NCBI GenBank assembly: GCA_013239625.1
Contig: MU053487.1
Coordinates: 1,819,058 to 1,883,057 of the forward strand
Direction of reading: 5' to 3'
Origin: Lama guanicoe
Taxonomy: Eukaryota
Length of the DNA: 64,000 nucleotides
Shown: piece after piece, positions 12,465 to 26,313 of the stretch
How the letters are laid out: each line of letters begins with the position of its first letter
Numbering within the stretch: the first letter of the stretch is position 1
Translations under genes and position numbers: made by a program
Notes under the pieces: model-generated
Databases searched by the model: none
Told to the model about the DNA's origin: nothing
Seen by the model: the letters and a program-made list of their open reading frames with translations, nothing else

Positions 12465-13220
12465 ATGAGTTTATTCATTTCACATAATTTGAATTAGCTT
12501 CTCTGTTAAGCTGTTATGTATAGATGTTGAAGATTCAGATTGCATTACCTATGTTCCACGGTTGTGAAGATCAGGGCAGGGAGGGAGAAAGAAACAGCAA
12601 ATATTAGTAAACTTGAGTGCTGAACTAAAATATCTTATCTAGAATGCACTGGGAGCAATTTAAGATCTTAAGCCAGGAAATGGTCAGAATTTAAATTTAC
12701 TAAGACCAGCTCTGCAAGTTCTGAAATGGGCATCCCAGTTGCCCCAGAAGTCCAGGTAAGACGTGATCAGAGCCTGAAGCCAGACTGCGGCAGTAAAGGA
12801 TAAAAGCGAGGGCTACCTGGGACCAGCAGGGCTCTGCCACTGTCAGAACCTATGTGTGAGACGGGGCGTGGAGGCCTTAGCGACACCCAATTTTCTTGCA
12901 AGAGTAACTAGATGGATAGCAAAGTCATGCATGGGAATAAGGAATACAAAGTTGGCGAGCAAGCTGAAGGAAAAGATGGTGAATGCTGTTCCGAGCATGT
13001 CACTGAAGTTGCCTGTGGGTCATTCAGGTTAAGTTGGCAGGCGGATGCTGAAGGTCTGTAGGTAAAGGGAGACTCAGAACTAGAGCCGTCGGGTCTGCGT
13101 GTTGTCCCCGTGTGGGTGATACTTGAAGTCATGAGAACGCCTCGAGGTGGTTCAGGGAAACGACGTCTATTGAGAGGAGAAGAGGTTTCCCTGAGAAACA
13201 TCAGCACTTGGGAATTTCAA
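12465..13220 (-). mobile_element. LINE-2 fragment
   Basis: Starts with ttattcattt and carries antisense L2-like motifs such as gcatgtcactgaagttgcctgtgggtcattcagg. Confidence 0.55.
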
Positions 13221-13499
13221 CCAATGCCCATTTCCATCCTGGAACCTCACCTCCAACCCCTGTAAGTGTCGGGGAATATTAGGGAATACAGTGTCGGGGG
13301 GGCTGGATTATCAACACACTAGGAATATGCATGGTAGATGGACTCTCCACATCCCTGTCCACGCCTGCACGTTCTCTAGCTTGTGTCTTTATCCTTAGAG
13401 CTAAGTCCTCCATGACTTTCCTTTCTCAACAGCTTGTTGAAATGTCTCACCCACTGCTGTTCCTATTTAGGTTATTTTAGGTATACATTTTTAATTCAT

Positions 13500-13865
13500 T
13501 CATGGAACAGTCTGACTCCATTTCTTAAAATATTTGCTGACAACTTTTAAGCCTGGCTCCTCCATCTTCCCCTCCTGCCCCAGCCTGCAGCCACTGGGGT
13601 GAAGTTCAAACTACATGTAGGAACCCTGCCTGGTCGCATCCCTAAACCATAATACAAGCCCCAAGCCTGTCTCCTTTGCCTGATTCTCTCAAGCCATTTT
13701 CCATCATTAAGGAGCCACCTCAATGTCATTATGAGAATGAAAAGATCTGTTCATACCCTTTAGGTGCACGTGCACACACGCACTCATAGCACCATCACTG
13801 TCAACATCCAAACCAAATGTTGGGTGAGTGTCTATCTTGTCTCCACTGGATGGATTAATTTCACT
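13500..13865 (+). mobile_element. ERVL solo LTR, MER54-like
   Basis: 5' end tctgactccattt...gctgacaacttttaagcc...cttcccctcctgcccca resembles the recalled MER54 start. Confidence 0.6.
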
Positions 13866-14719
13866 GCCATTTTAGTTGCATCTTGGTAAGAAGAAGAAAT
13901 AAACACAAACATGCAATCCACCACCTTTAGAGGAAGCCTCCTCAATCCACTGATTCTGGGTCTCTGGGTTGTGATTAGAAAAAATAACGTGAGCGTATTC
14001 GCGTGCCACTTGACATGGCCCTCTGCAGAAATTCCAGGTGGGTGAGAACAGCCATAAATGTGTACTTCTGTATTACATTTTGATCTATGGGAAAAGGCAG
14101 TTTTCTTAATTTAGGGGCTGTGCAGAAGAGGTGAGGTATCAAATATGGGCTGTATGCTGCTCTAATGAGCTGCTTTCCAGCATTAGCTGCACTCAGGGAG
14201 AACCTGTGCTCCACGGAGGAACTGGCAGCCCATGAGGAATTTACAGTGTGGGTTACAACATGGTCAGCTCTGCTCAGGCTTTTTGATAGATCCCTCCTAG
14301 GTACACAATAGGAGAACACAGTTTGTTTTAGTCCCCTCCCTCCACTGTACTCAAAGTATAATGATGATCTGAGCATTAAGTGAATGGGATAATAGCGAGA
14401 GGAAACAATGAGAAAATGTGCTTGAGAGAGAGAGAAATATGAAGAAACCCTCGTTCAAGAAGAAATTAAATTTTGAAGCCTGTAACTTTAGGTGCACACA
14501 TGTTGGATCTGTTTCTTGCTTTGAATGAAGCAGATGGGAGAAATTCCACCCATGGGGGGAGGCTGCTGAAAAAGCAAAGCCCCATGAATGTCAATCAAAC
14601 GGAGTGCTGCAGGACACCTCCAGGGACTATCCCAAAGCCCCCGGGAGATGAGGGAGGCAGGCACAAGTAGTTCTTAAAAGCTCATTTAATAGAGACATTG
14701 TTTCTATAATGAAGGCTAC

Positions 14720-15095
14720 AGAATTTTAAGCTGGACAAAAGTCTCTTGGCTTGAGGCTGCTGCAGGGATGGGGCTAAAAGCAGAAAACTAGTCTAAAGGA
14801 ATGAAGGGTCAAGACCAGATTGTAAATGGACCTGAATGCTAGTTTTTAAAGTCTGCAATTTGTCTGGTAGGAAATGGATGAGGGGAGGGGCAGCTTGAAT
14901 ATGCAGGCAAAAGAGTAGCATGGTCAGGATATAATTCAAGAAGACAACTGTGTTAGCCCACAGAGTGTTTCGAGGGGGCGATATGGGTTTGACTATGGGG
15001 GGAGGCTGGTAAGGCGAGAACCGAAAGGGTGAATTCTAGATTTCTCGCTTCAGCATAAGGTGGATGTTTGCACCATCAATAAAGAGCAGGAAGAT
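14720..15095 (-). mobile_element. LINE-2 fragment
   Basis: Antisense L2-like motifs (gaccagattgtaaatggacctgaatgc; ggtggatgtttgcaccatcaataaaga). Confidence 0.5.
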
Positions 15096-15154
15096 CCTGT
15101 TTATTGTTTGAAAAGCTAAAAAATAAAAGCTACCATATATCAAAGGTTATTGGG

Positions 15155-16876
15155 AAGAATTAATACTGTTAAAATGGCCATACTACCCAAAGCAATCTAC
15201 AGATTTAACGCGATCTCTGTAAAATTACGCAGGACACTTTTCATAGAACTAGAACAAATAATCCTAAAACATATATGGAATCACAAAAGACCCAGAACTG
15301 CCAAAGCAGTTGGAAGAAAAAAGCAGTTACTGAAGAAAAAAGAATGAAGCTGGAGGAATAACCCTCCCAGACTTCAGACAATACTATAGAGCTGCAGTAA
15401 TCAAAACAGCATGGTACTGATACAAAACCGGACATATGGATCAATGGAACAGAACAGACAGCCCAGAAATAAACTTACAAACTTTTGGTCAATTAATCTT
15501 TAACAAAGGAGGCAAGAAAATACAATGGAATTAAGATAGTCTCTTCAGCAAAAGGTGTTGGGAAAACTGGACAGCTGCATGTAAATTAGTGAAGTTTGAA
15601 CACTCCCTAAAAACACACAAAAATAAACTCAAAATGGCTTAAAGACTTCAACGTAAGACAAGACACTATATACCTCTTAGAAGAAAACACAGGCAAAACA
15701 TTCTCTGACGTAAATCTCAGCAATGTTCTCCTAGGGCAGCCTACTCAGGCAATAGAAATAAAAGCAAAAATAAACAAATGGGACCTAATTAAACTTATAA
15801 GCTTTTGCACAGCAAAGGAAACCATAAACAAAACAAAAAGACAACCTGCAGAATGGGAGAAAATATTTGCAAAAGATGCAACTGACAAGCGCTTAATTTC
15901 CAGAATATATAAACACCTCATAGAACTTAACAAAAAAAGAAACAACCCAATCCAAAAAAGGGCAAAAGACCTAAGCAAGCAATTCTCCAAGGAGACACTC
16001 GAATGGCCAACAGGCACATGAAAAAATGCTCAATATCGCTAAATTATCAGAGAAATGCAAATCAAAACTACAATGGACTATCACCTCACACCAGTCAGAA
16101 TGGCCATCATTCAAAAGTCCACAAACAATAAATGCTGGAGAGGCTGTGGAGAAAGGGGAACCCTCCTGCACTGCTGGTGGGAATGCAGCTTGGTGCAGCC
16201 GTTATGGAAAACAGTGTGGAGATTCCTCCAAAGACAAAAAAACAGACTTACCTTATGATCCAGCAACCTCACTCATGGGCATATCCAGAGGGAACTCAAA
16301 TTTGAAAACATACATCTACCCAAATGTTCATAGCAGCACTATTTGCAATAGTCAAGACCTCAAAACAATCTAAATGTCCATCGACAGATGACTGGATAAA
16401 GAAGCTGTGGTATATTTACACAATGAAACTACTCAGCCATAAAAGAGAGTAAAATAATGCTATTTGCAGCAACATGGATGGACCTGGAGATTGTCATTCT
16501 AAGTAAAAGTAACCCAGAAAAAGAAAGAAAAATACCATATGATACCACTTATATATGTGGAATCTAAAATAAAAGACAAACGAAGTTATTTACGAGACAG
16601 AAACAGGCTCACAGACATAGAAAACAAATTTATGGTTACCGGAGGAGGGAAGGGATAAACTGGGAGCGCAAGATTTGCAGATACTAACTAATATGTACAA
16701 AACAGATAACAAGTTTATACTGTACAGCACAGGGAACTATATTCAATATCTTGTAGTAACTCATGGTGAAAAAGTATATGAAAATGAATATGTGTATATT
16801 CAGGTACGACTGAAACATTGTACTGTACATCAGAAATTGATACAACATTGTAAATTGACTGTACTTCAATTAAAAA
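15155..16876 (+). mobile_element. Young 5'-truncated LINE-1 (ORF2 3' part + 3'UTR)
   Basis: ORFs [21 protein letters not shown] and [33 protein letters not shown] are L1 ORF2, with frameshifts. TSD aaaggttattggg (15142-15154) / aaagattattggg (16877-16889). Confidence 0.96.
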
Positions 16877-17099
16877 AAAGATTATTGGGTACCAGGCAAT
16901 GTATAAAATACATACTTTTATTAAATTCTCCAAAAACCTTGTGGGGGGTGGATTGTTCCCCTATTTTCTAAAACTAAAATTTAGCAAGACTGATGACTTC
17001 TCTGAAGCCAACTAGTTCATTAACTTGTGGATACAGAACTGAAAATTTGTCTGATTTCAAAGCAACTCTGATTTTTGCTATTTCACCCGTTGGGCTGCA

Positions 17100-17515
17100 T
17101 GCCACAGCCTACAAGGCCTGCGCTCGCCCAGGTTCAAGACCAAAGAAAGGGCCAGAGTCAGCAACAGAGGCATCGGTGGTTCAGCGGGTGGGGGAGCTTC
17201 CACATCTGAAACAAGGTTCTGAAGTGATACCCCACAGTGGTGGCAGTCTTTGCCCCGGAGGGAGGGGAAGGGTACCTTTTATAGGGGGAACTGACATCAG
17301 GCTGGCTCATTGGTTACCAAGGAACCCAGCAGAGGGGCATGCTCCTTTGATAAACAGACTGGAGAGTTCTGACCTAAAGCTAGAATGATCATTAGCTGGG
17401 CCTGGGGCAAGTACGTAGGAAGCTCAGTCACATGAGCAGGCGTAGGTGAAGCAGGCACTGGTTGAGCAGAGGATGCACCGAGAGTAAGAAAAGAGCCATC
17501 CTGGGTGGCCTGACA
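17100..17515 (-). mobile_element. ERVL solo LTR, MER74/MER73-like
   Basis: The minus strand starts TGTCAGGCCACCCAGGATGGC and ends in CA; it contains CCAAT (17309-17313) and TATAAAA (17277-17283). Confidence 0.65.
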
Positions 17516-19639
17516 GACAGCCCCTAAGACTGAGTTATTTTGATGGCTACGGGGCAGAGGTACCTGTCCTGCTCCCGTTACTCCTTTCTTCTTTCCTTCA
17601 CTGATTCATTCATTCACAGAGCAACAAGTACTGAAAACACTACATGGGGCAAGGTCTCTTGTCCGGACTGTTTCAAGCAGGGAAAACAGATGTGGCTAAG
17701 TGATCTTATTTTGCCTGTAGTGTCCATGCATTGTGTGCTTTTCCACTCTGGCTTGAGGGATTATTACAATAAGTAACAAATAAAGAAATAAATGTCAGCT
17801 GTTATTGTCAAAAGTCACAAGAGTGGTTGTATTGGTAGTAAACATCTGAACACTACTGTGTTAAAACTCATGTTTAAAATTTCACTATTTATAGCAACCA
17901 TTATGACTTCTGAGATGTATGTAATCTTCTAGCCCAGAACTGGACCTCAAAATGAGGCTTTGTAACAGCAAAGACAAATGGCTTTGCCAGAGGCACGTGC
18001 CAGGGAAGTGACATGCATAACTCCTAAAATTCATAGAAGATTGCTTCCAGGGACATTCCAGACTGAATTCACTCCACAGGGACATCTGGCCAAGGGGATG
18101 AGTAGCAGCTGAAATCTCATCCAAACCCCCCTTGCCAGGCATCCATCTTAGATCCTTCTTCTAATTCAGATGCATCCTCTGTCCACTCACTCAAGCCACA
18201 CATCAATGCAGCTCTGTCCCCACAAAAGGAGAGAGTGCGACTGCAAATTCTCACAAATGTGCCTTGAGAGTTAGTGGTGACCACAGCCGGTCTGGATGCC
18301 CACATATGGACCCTGGCTCTGCAGGTCCTGATGCAGGACAGACAGTACTATGTTACCCAAGACTGGCTTTTTAAAGGTAAAATTCTAAGTCTATATAAAA
18401 CTCCATTTTCAAGTTGTGTGAATTTGGGAATACAATTAGAATTCTCTTCATTATTTCTAAACAATTTGCTTTTGGGCTCTTTGTGATGTTTTGAAGGTAC
18501 AATGGATTGGGCAGGACCGAACAAGGATCAAGGAGGCAGAGTGAAACTTGATACTGGGGATGCCTTCTCATTCCTCCTAATTATTATTATCAGTGACAAT
18601 AATGTCACACAGTTATGTCTGGTCTTGCTACAGCCGTAAAATCTTTGCTACTATTTTCAAACTATAAATGAATCATGGGTTGGAACTTCACAGTGGGGGC
18701 ATTCTGAGGGCTTTAGCACACATCCTGAATGGAAGATGCTTTCATCTCATTGTTAAAAAAAAAAAAGTGTCTGAACTCAGGTTCTCATGGCAACACATTC
18801 TGAGACTAAAGACTGTGCCGACACAGCGCAAACCATCTAGAGGTACACTTTCAAAAGGGTCAATGCTGGACCATCAGCCAACAGAAAGCAAAACACAGAC
18901 AGCAAACAAATTCTATGCACCAGGTAGGACTCCTGGGCTGCTTTTACTCACGTCTCTCAGCCTCTCTGCTGGAGTTACCCACTCCTGCCTGCATTTCTCA
19001 CTGCTGCCCTCGCGACCATGAAACCTCTTCTCACCCACCCAGTCAGCATGCTTCCCACTTCTTTCAGATGCCTCTTTGAAGCTTATCAAAAACCGCATTT
19101 CTCACCATCCTTTCAATTTTCTCCTTAAAAAGCCTCCAGAGCTAAAAATCTCTGATTGTGCTTTTTTTTCCGGTTACTCTAAAGTGGTGTCGACAGACAG
19201 CAGACATGCCAATGACTGTTTGCAGGTTAACGAGTCTCAGATTATTCACACGGCCAGTCTATCTTACGAATTCCCTCGGGACTCATCAGGACGACGGCCA
19301 GAACCCCCAGGAAATGGTGCACATCGCAATTTCCACGTCTCAGGTGGCGACCACCTAAATGCTCTGATCTTGAAAAGTCACGTGTGTGTGTGAATGGAGA
19401 AGTCTCCCTGTGACCAGGGGCTCTGAGCACGGTCACGGCGGGTAGCAGTGCTTCTGGTAACAGCAGCCCAGGCAAGTCAGACCAACTCTCTTGCTGAGAA
19501 CAATTAGAATCACTGGAAGTGAAGACTGTTCAAAGACACTGAATGGGTAACAAGCCTGAGAAAAATTACCAGAAAAAAAGGAAAAGGGAGAAACGAAAAT
19601 TCACAGATATGAGTGAGTTGCCGCGGGAGAAATCATTGG

Positions 19640-21110
19640 ACACGCACGTACAGTGGTGACAAACAACATCGTGAGATCCTGTGCAGCCTTCAGTTCCCCC
19701 CGTGCGAACACTGCACGGCCACAGTGCAGTATCACCACCGGGAAGGCAACACGGTACAGTCCACTCGCCTTCCTGACGCTCTGTCAGCTGTACATGCACT
19801 CCATGTGCGTGCGTTCAGTTCACTGCAAGTGTATCACACATGTAGATGTATGTGACCCCTACCACAGTCATGACACAGAAAAGTCCCTTACAAGGATCCC
19901 TCATGCCATCCTTTGGCAGGCACAACCACCTCCTTAATCCCTGACAGCCGCTAACTGTTCTCTGTCTCTGTAACTGTATCATTTCAAGATACAGCAGGAG
20001 TGGAATCGTACAGGATGCATTCGTTTCCTCAGGCTGCCTTAGTACGATTTCCCACGGGGTGGCTGCAACGACAGACTTGTACTTTCTCACAGTTCTGGAG
20101 GCTAGAAGTCCAAAACCAGAGCACTGGCAGGCTTAGATTTCCCCGAGGCCTCTCTCTGACCTGCAGGCGCCCGCTCCTGGCTGTGTCCTCATCTCCCGGC
20201 CCCTCTGTGCCCACACCCACCTGGGGTCTTCCAGTCCTCACACACACATTAGTCATGCTGGATTAGAGCCCTGCCTCCGTGGTCTCATTTTAACTTAATC
20301 ATCCCTTTAAAGGCCTATTTTCAACAGTTACACTCTGAGATACTGGGAGTGGGGGCTTCAACACATGGCTCTGAGGGAGGGGGAGGGATCACAATTCAGC
20401 CCGTACCAGAGATTTTTTGAGGACGTTTGCCCTTAGCACAATTACGCTGAGATCCATCCAAGTTGCTGCGTGTATCAATAGTTTTTCTTTTTTTGAGCTG
20501 AAGAGCATTCCATGGTATGAGTACACCATACTTTTCGTAACCATTTACCTACTTGAAGGCCACTGGATTGTTTACAGTTTGGCACCGCTACCATTACAGC
20601 TGCTGTCAACATGCAAACGCATGTTTTTGTGTGAACATAAGCTTTGATTTCTCGGGGATAAATGTCCAACAGAGCAACTGCTGACTTTGTGGTAAGCACA
20701 TGTTTGAGTTCAAGAAACATCTTTAGTTAATAAGAAACTGCCGTCCTCTTTTCCAGAGTGCTGTACCATCTTACACCCCCACCAGTATTTGAGTGATGCA
20801 GTTTCCACATAAACTCACCAGAATTTGTATTGCTGTTTAATTTTGTTATTCTGATAGTGATACCATGTTGTAGTTTTAACTTGCATTTCTCTAATGGCTA
20901 ATAATCTTGACCATTCTTTCACGAGCTTGCCAGACGCATACATTTTTCAGTGAAATGTCTGTGTTTTGCCCATTTCTAATTGGATTGTTTACTATTCAAT
21001 TTTAGTTTCCAATTATTTCCTCCTAGTCTACTGCTTATCTTTTAACCCTCTTCATGAAGTCTTTCACAGAGCAAAATGTTAAATTTTGAGATGGCATGAC
21101 TTATCAAATT
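19640..21110 (-). mobile_element. Old LINE-1 3' end (L1MC-like), interrupted by an MLT1 LTR
   Basis: accacagtcatgacacagaaaagtcc..acaaggatccctcatg and gagatccatccaagttgctgcgtgtatcaatag match the recalled L1MC 3'UTR. Minus ORF 20475..20720 (LLDIYPREIKAYVHTKTC) is the ORF2 end. Confidence 0.85.
20016..20408 (-). mobile_element. MaLR MLT1 (A/B/C-type) solo LTR nested in L1MC
   Basis: ttctcacagttctggaggctagaagtcc and the terminal cacaattcagccc are diagnostic MLT1 motifs; the L1 resumes on both sides. Confidence 0.88.
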
Positions 21111-21549
21111 TGATACAGCAGCAGTATATTTCTTATTCAAAGGCAAATGTTTTATCTCAACTTTGTTGATACCTCCCTCCAGCTACTCTAGATGTAGTCA
21201 GGAGAATCTTAAATCTGCTGATGCTTCTCCAAGTTGTAAGATGTGAACCAAGTTCCAATAGTCTCCAATCCACCAAAGACTCCTTCTGAGATACACTGGT
21301 TTCCCATCTCCAAGAATCAGTATGGAAATAAAAAAAGAATGTTATGAATTGGCATAACAATATTTTTATTTTCAAATTTCACCCCATTCCAAAGCCCTAG
21401 TCAGGTAAGGATTTTTTCCTATCCTTTTTGTGTAGGTGGCTGGCCCTAAAAGAAATCACACCCCCCCCCAGAATGGTGGTGTGAGTACAGCCACTCCAGC
21501 ACTTGAAGAAAAGCTATATTTGATTATTCATCTTTTGCACATTTTTTTC

Positions 21550-24500
21550 TTCTTTCAACACATTCGTTTTTAAATCTAAGGTGTGTGCCTTTTAAGACAT
21601 CATACGTTTGGGACCTGCTGTTTTATCCTGTGTAACCATCCCTTGTGAGCAGGATATTTACGACACCCACGTGTGATGCAATTATTACTATGATTGGATT
21701 TACACCTGTTTTCCATTTTCTTTTTAAAAATTTTTCTCGTGTCTTTTGTGTTTATCTGTTCTTCTCTTACTGCTCTTTTTCCATTAATTTCTGCTGTTAA
21801 ACAACGTTTATTTCTTACGTTGACTTTTACTGTTATTTTGAACTATTTTCCTAATGAGTGCTCCAGGGAATAAAATATGCCTTTTAATAGACTACAATTG
21901 ACTTCAAGAACACTAATAACAATCCAAATAAAACAAATTCTGTTCCAATACATCTCCTTTTCTTCCCCACACTTTGTCCTTTCACCACCATATGTGTTAG
22001 ACCTGTACTTTTTATATACCAACAATATGATGTTATAATTATTGCTTTATACCATCTTATTACATCTTTAAAAGAGGTAGACAAAATATCTTTGTAGAGT
22101 CTCTTATAATTATTCACATATGTTCAGCTTTTCAGCTCTCCTCTTTACTTCCTATGGATACAAGTCACAATCTGTTGTCACTTCCTTTCAGCCAAAACCC
22201 TTTTTAAGACCTTTATTTACTTTTTCTTTTAGGGCAGGTCTTTTAGCAACAATTACTTCCATCTTTGTTTATCTGGAGTCTTTATTTTATCTTCATTATT
22301 GAAGAATAGGTTTTTTTTTTTTCTCAGAACTCTGAGTATGTTATTACACTGTCACAAGAACGCCATCGTTTCTGCTGGGAAGTCAGCCATTAATCATCTG
22401 TTTCTCCATTAGATGAGTCATTTCTGTTTTGCTACCAAGAGTCATCTTTTTTGACTTTCCACAGTTTGGCTATAACCAGTCCAGGTATTTTTTGGTTCAC
22501 TCTTCTTGGGGTTCACTGCACTTCTTAGTACTAGGGGTTCATGTTCATCACAAACTCGGGAAGTTTTCATGAGTTTTACTTTTTAGGTATTTGTTCCCAG
22601 CCCTTTTCCTCCCTCCTCCCCTTCTGGGACTCCCATCACGTGAACATTGGCATGCCTGATGGTATGGCGCTGGTCTTCGAGGCTCTATCCATTTTCCTTC
22701 GGTCTTTTCCTCACATATTCTTCAGATCGGATGATTTCTGTTAATCTATCTTAACATTCACTGATTCTCCTGACGTTTCAGATCTGCTGTTGAGCCTCTG
22801 TAGTGAATGTTTCAGTTCAGTTATTACATTTTCAACCTCCTATTCTCCATTTTTATAACTTTTATCTCTTTTTGAGATTTTCTACTTGCTGATTCATTGT
22901 CATTCTACTTTACTTTAAAGGGGGAAGTTTCTTTTGTTTCATTACTGTATTTATAGTATCTTCTTAGAATTATTTGTCTTCAAAATTCAACATCTGAGAA
23001 CACACAGAGATAGTTTCTATTAACTCTTTTTCCCCCCTAAGTCTGAGTCACACTTCTTTTTCTGGGAATGCCTTGCAGTATTTTTTTGAATATCAGAACT
23101 TTAGATAATATATTCTAACAATTCTAGTCTTCCTCTGATCCAAGGGTGTTTGTTGCTGTTTTGTTTTATTTGATTGCGTGTAACTTGCTTGGATAAAATT
23201 TGCAATGCCAATCTACCCCAAAATGTGTGGCTGCTAATGCCTTTGCTCTTTTTATCAAAAATTCTTATTTATTTGTTTAAACCTGGCTCCCCCGTGGTTG
23301 CCACCATGACTGCATAGCTGAGCGTTCAGTTCAAAGGTTGGTCAGAAGTTCCACTCAAATACTCAAGTCACTAAGGCTTCCACTCTCTGCTAATGGATTT
23401 GTTCATAAGCTGTGGTACAAATTCACAACTCCGGCCATTTCCAAGTCTTCTTTGGCTTTTACTGTGTGCTGGACTCACATCTACTGTACATAAGTACAGG
23501 CTCTATCAGTCAGCACAACGCCAGTAACTTGGGTTCTGGCACAGCCTCCTGTCTTTCATGAAATGAGATGAGACTATCAAGCTCCTTTGAATTGTCTTAC
23601 CTTCAGAACTCCTTGTACAAATTTCCTGGAGTCCACCAGTCTGCTGTTTGCCCCCAAAGATCAGCATTTGGCCTTCCTGTCCACTTGCTGCTGGGACTGT
23701 CACTTTAATTGTCAATGCTTCAATTCAAATGCACCCTATCTGGCAGCAACAGTGAATGTCATTACTCCTCAGCCCACCTGCTGTGATGGAAAAGCCACAC
23801 TGAGCTTGGTGGAGGAAGGAGGTGGCGCCAGGTAAGAACTCCACATACTCGTATTCCTGGTACTCCAGTTCAGCATTTTTTAAATAAAGACATATTAGTT
23901 CGTTGTATGCCTTTAATTGAATTTCTGGAGCATTTCAATTGTTTCGGACCATTTTCCCCCAACTTTTTAGATGCATTCTAGGGAAGTGACTTTTCAACTT
24001 TCTCACACCATCAAGCCTGCAGTAAGAAGTCCCTACCACTTTTTAAATCATCCTGTCCGTAACAGTTGGTCTAAATTACTTAGCCCGTTAACACCTCTAT
24101 ACATATTTTTCCTTCTTTTGTTATGGCCCTTTCTTTTGTCTTTATGTTTTATGTACATCTCTAGATATACCTATAGCTGTTTTTTGTTAACTTATCTGAC
24201 AATCTGTATCTTTTAATGTGATATTTTAATGCATTTTTATTACTGTGACAACAGCAACATTTTTCTTTCTTTTCATTTGCCTTCAATTTTCTCTTTCTTT
24301 TAATATATTGCGGTTTTAATTCATTTTCTACTTTCCTTCTTCTTTACTGGTTTGAAAAGTTTAAATTCACCTTACATTTCTTTAATGGCTACTTCTGATT
24401 AACACACACAACTTAAAAAGTGAATCAAATCAATATACTTGTACTCCTCTTAAACTACTGTTTCACAAGAGCCTTAGACAGTTTGAACTCCAAACACTGC

Positions 24501-25100
24501 CTTCCATTTTTCATGTTGTGTTATTTTTGGTTACCAGTGATTCAGACATTAAAAATATGTATTGTCTGTATTTTTGGACCCCTGTGAATTAGACATTAAA
24601 AGTATTATTCTCTGCTGTCAGTACTTGCTAACATTTACCCGTGGATTCCTTGCCTCACTGTTCCTTTTACATCGCAGAGAACCTTTAAGATTATTTTCCT
24701 TTATTCTGAAATCCCTTTTGTGAAATTCTTTAGGGTAAAAAAATGCATTTCTATTTCTCTGACATTTCTTTATTTTGTTCTCTTTGAACAACCTTAGGTT
24801 TCTTTCAACACTTTTGTGATATCACTGACTTACCTTCTGCATTCTGTTTTGCTACTGAGAAAGCAGGTGTCTCACTTCTCTGTAGATAATCTCTCTCTCT
24901 CTCTTTTTAAACTGGCTGCTGACAGATTCTTTTTTTTTTCTGGTTGCATACAGCTTCACTACCACGTGTCTAGGTGTGGACTTCTTTATCATGTGAAATT
25001 TCTTGTGCTCTTTTAATATGAAGTTTTGTGACTTAATTTCTGAACAATCTTTGCTACTCTCTCTTTATATTTTGCCTGCCCCATTCTCACCACTATTTTC
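21550..25100 (-). mobile_element. Highly decayed old LINE-1 5'/ORF1-region fragments (composite)
   Basis: T-rich antisense L1 ORF1-type motifs (cttctgggactcccatcac; tctgctgttgagcctctgtagtgaa; ctgagaaagcaggtgtc). Boundaries are approximate. Confidence 0.55.
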
Positions 25101-25389
25101 TGATCACAGACACAGAGCTCACTCAAATTCTATCAGTCACATTGTCTGTCTGTGTGGTGTGCGCGTAGCTCTGTACAAGTTTATCATGCAATGTTTCCTA
25201 TAACCACCACTGCAGACAAGCCCCCTAGGTGTACCATTCCCACAAGGCTCCTCTGCCACTGCTTTACAGCCACGTGTCCCCTCCTTTCCATCCGAAGTCC
25301 CTTAGTGAGTTTTGAATGGTGTGACAGCCTTACATACCTGGCATATGTCCTACTTGGTCTTACTGTACTTTTAAAAATATATTGTTAGA

Positions 25390-26310
25390 TATAATTTGAT
25401 AATTTTTTTGATAATTTTTTTTGAGGATTGGTACATCTAAAGTCATCAGAGATATTAATCTGTGATTTTCTTTCTTTAAGCAGTCTTTTGAGTTTGATAT
25501 AAGGAAAATATGGATTTCATAAAGCCAGTTAGGAAGTATTCCATCCTCTTCTATTTTCTGGAGGTAATTGTGTAGAATTAGTGTTAATTCTTCTTTAAAT
25601 ATTTGGTAACATTCTCTAATGAAACCATCTGGGTCTGGATATTTCTTTTTTGGGAATTTTGGGGTATACATTCAATTTCTTTAATAGCTATAGAATAATT
25701 CGGGTTACCTAGTTCACTTGGCTGAATTTTGGTAGTTTGTGGTTTTTAAAGAATTGGTCTATTTTTTCTAAGTTATAAATTTTAGGAACATAAAATAGTT
25801 TGTAGTATTCACTTATATTTTCAATGACTTCAGGATCTGCTGTGATACCACCAGTTTTATTCCTGATACTGGTGATCTGTCTATTTTTTTTTTTAATCTT
25901 CGCCAGGCTTGTTAGAGGTTTCTCGATTTTATTAATTTTTTGAAGAGACTGATTTTTGTTTTATTTGTAAATCTGCCTCTCAGCTCTGCTTTAGAGTTCT
26001 CTACATCCCACAAATTTTGAACTGTTGTGCTTTCATTTTTACTTATTACATTTATTCCCTTTGATAACTCTTCTCTGACCTATGGGTTATTTAGAAGTAT
26101 CTTACTCTATTTCCAGTTATTTAAAGCTTTTCCTGCTATACTTCTATTATTAATTTCCAGTTTGATTCCATTATAGTGAAGAAACATACTCTATATCATT
26201 TCAAACTTTTGAAATTTGTTAAGGTTTCTTTTATTACCCACGATATGGTATATATTGGTGAATATTCCACAGGCATGTGAACAGAATGTGTATTCTACTG
26301 GTGATGGGTG
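25390..26310 (-). mobile_element. Old LINE-1 ORF2 fragment
   Basis: ORF 25360..25671 reads KKYPDPDGFIRECYQIFKEELTLILHNYLQKIEEDGILPN, matching the L1 ORF2 PGPDGFT motif region. Confidence 0.9.
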
Positions 26311-26313
26311 AAA

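Noticed and set aside
19262..19300. CTGATGAG followed by a small stem on the minus strand, hammerhead-like
   Set aside because: The obligatory GAAA after stem II is absent, so the catalytic core cannot form.
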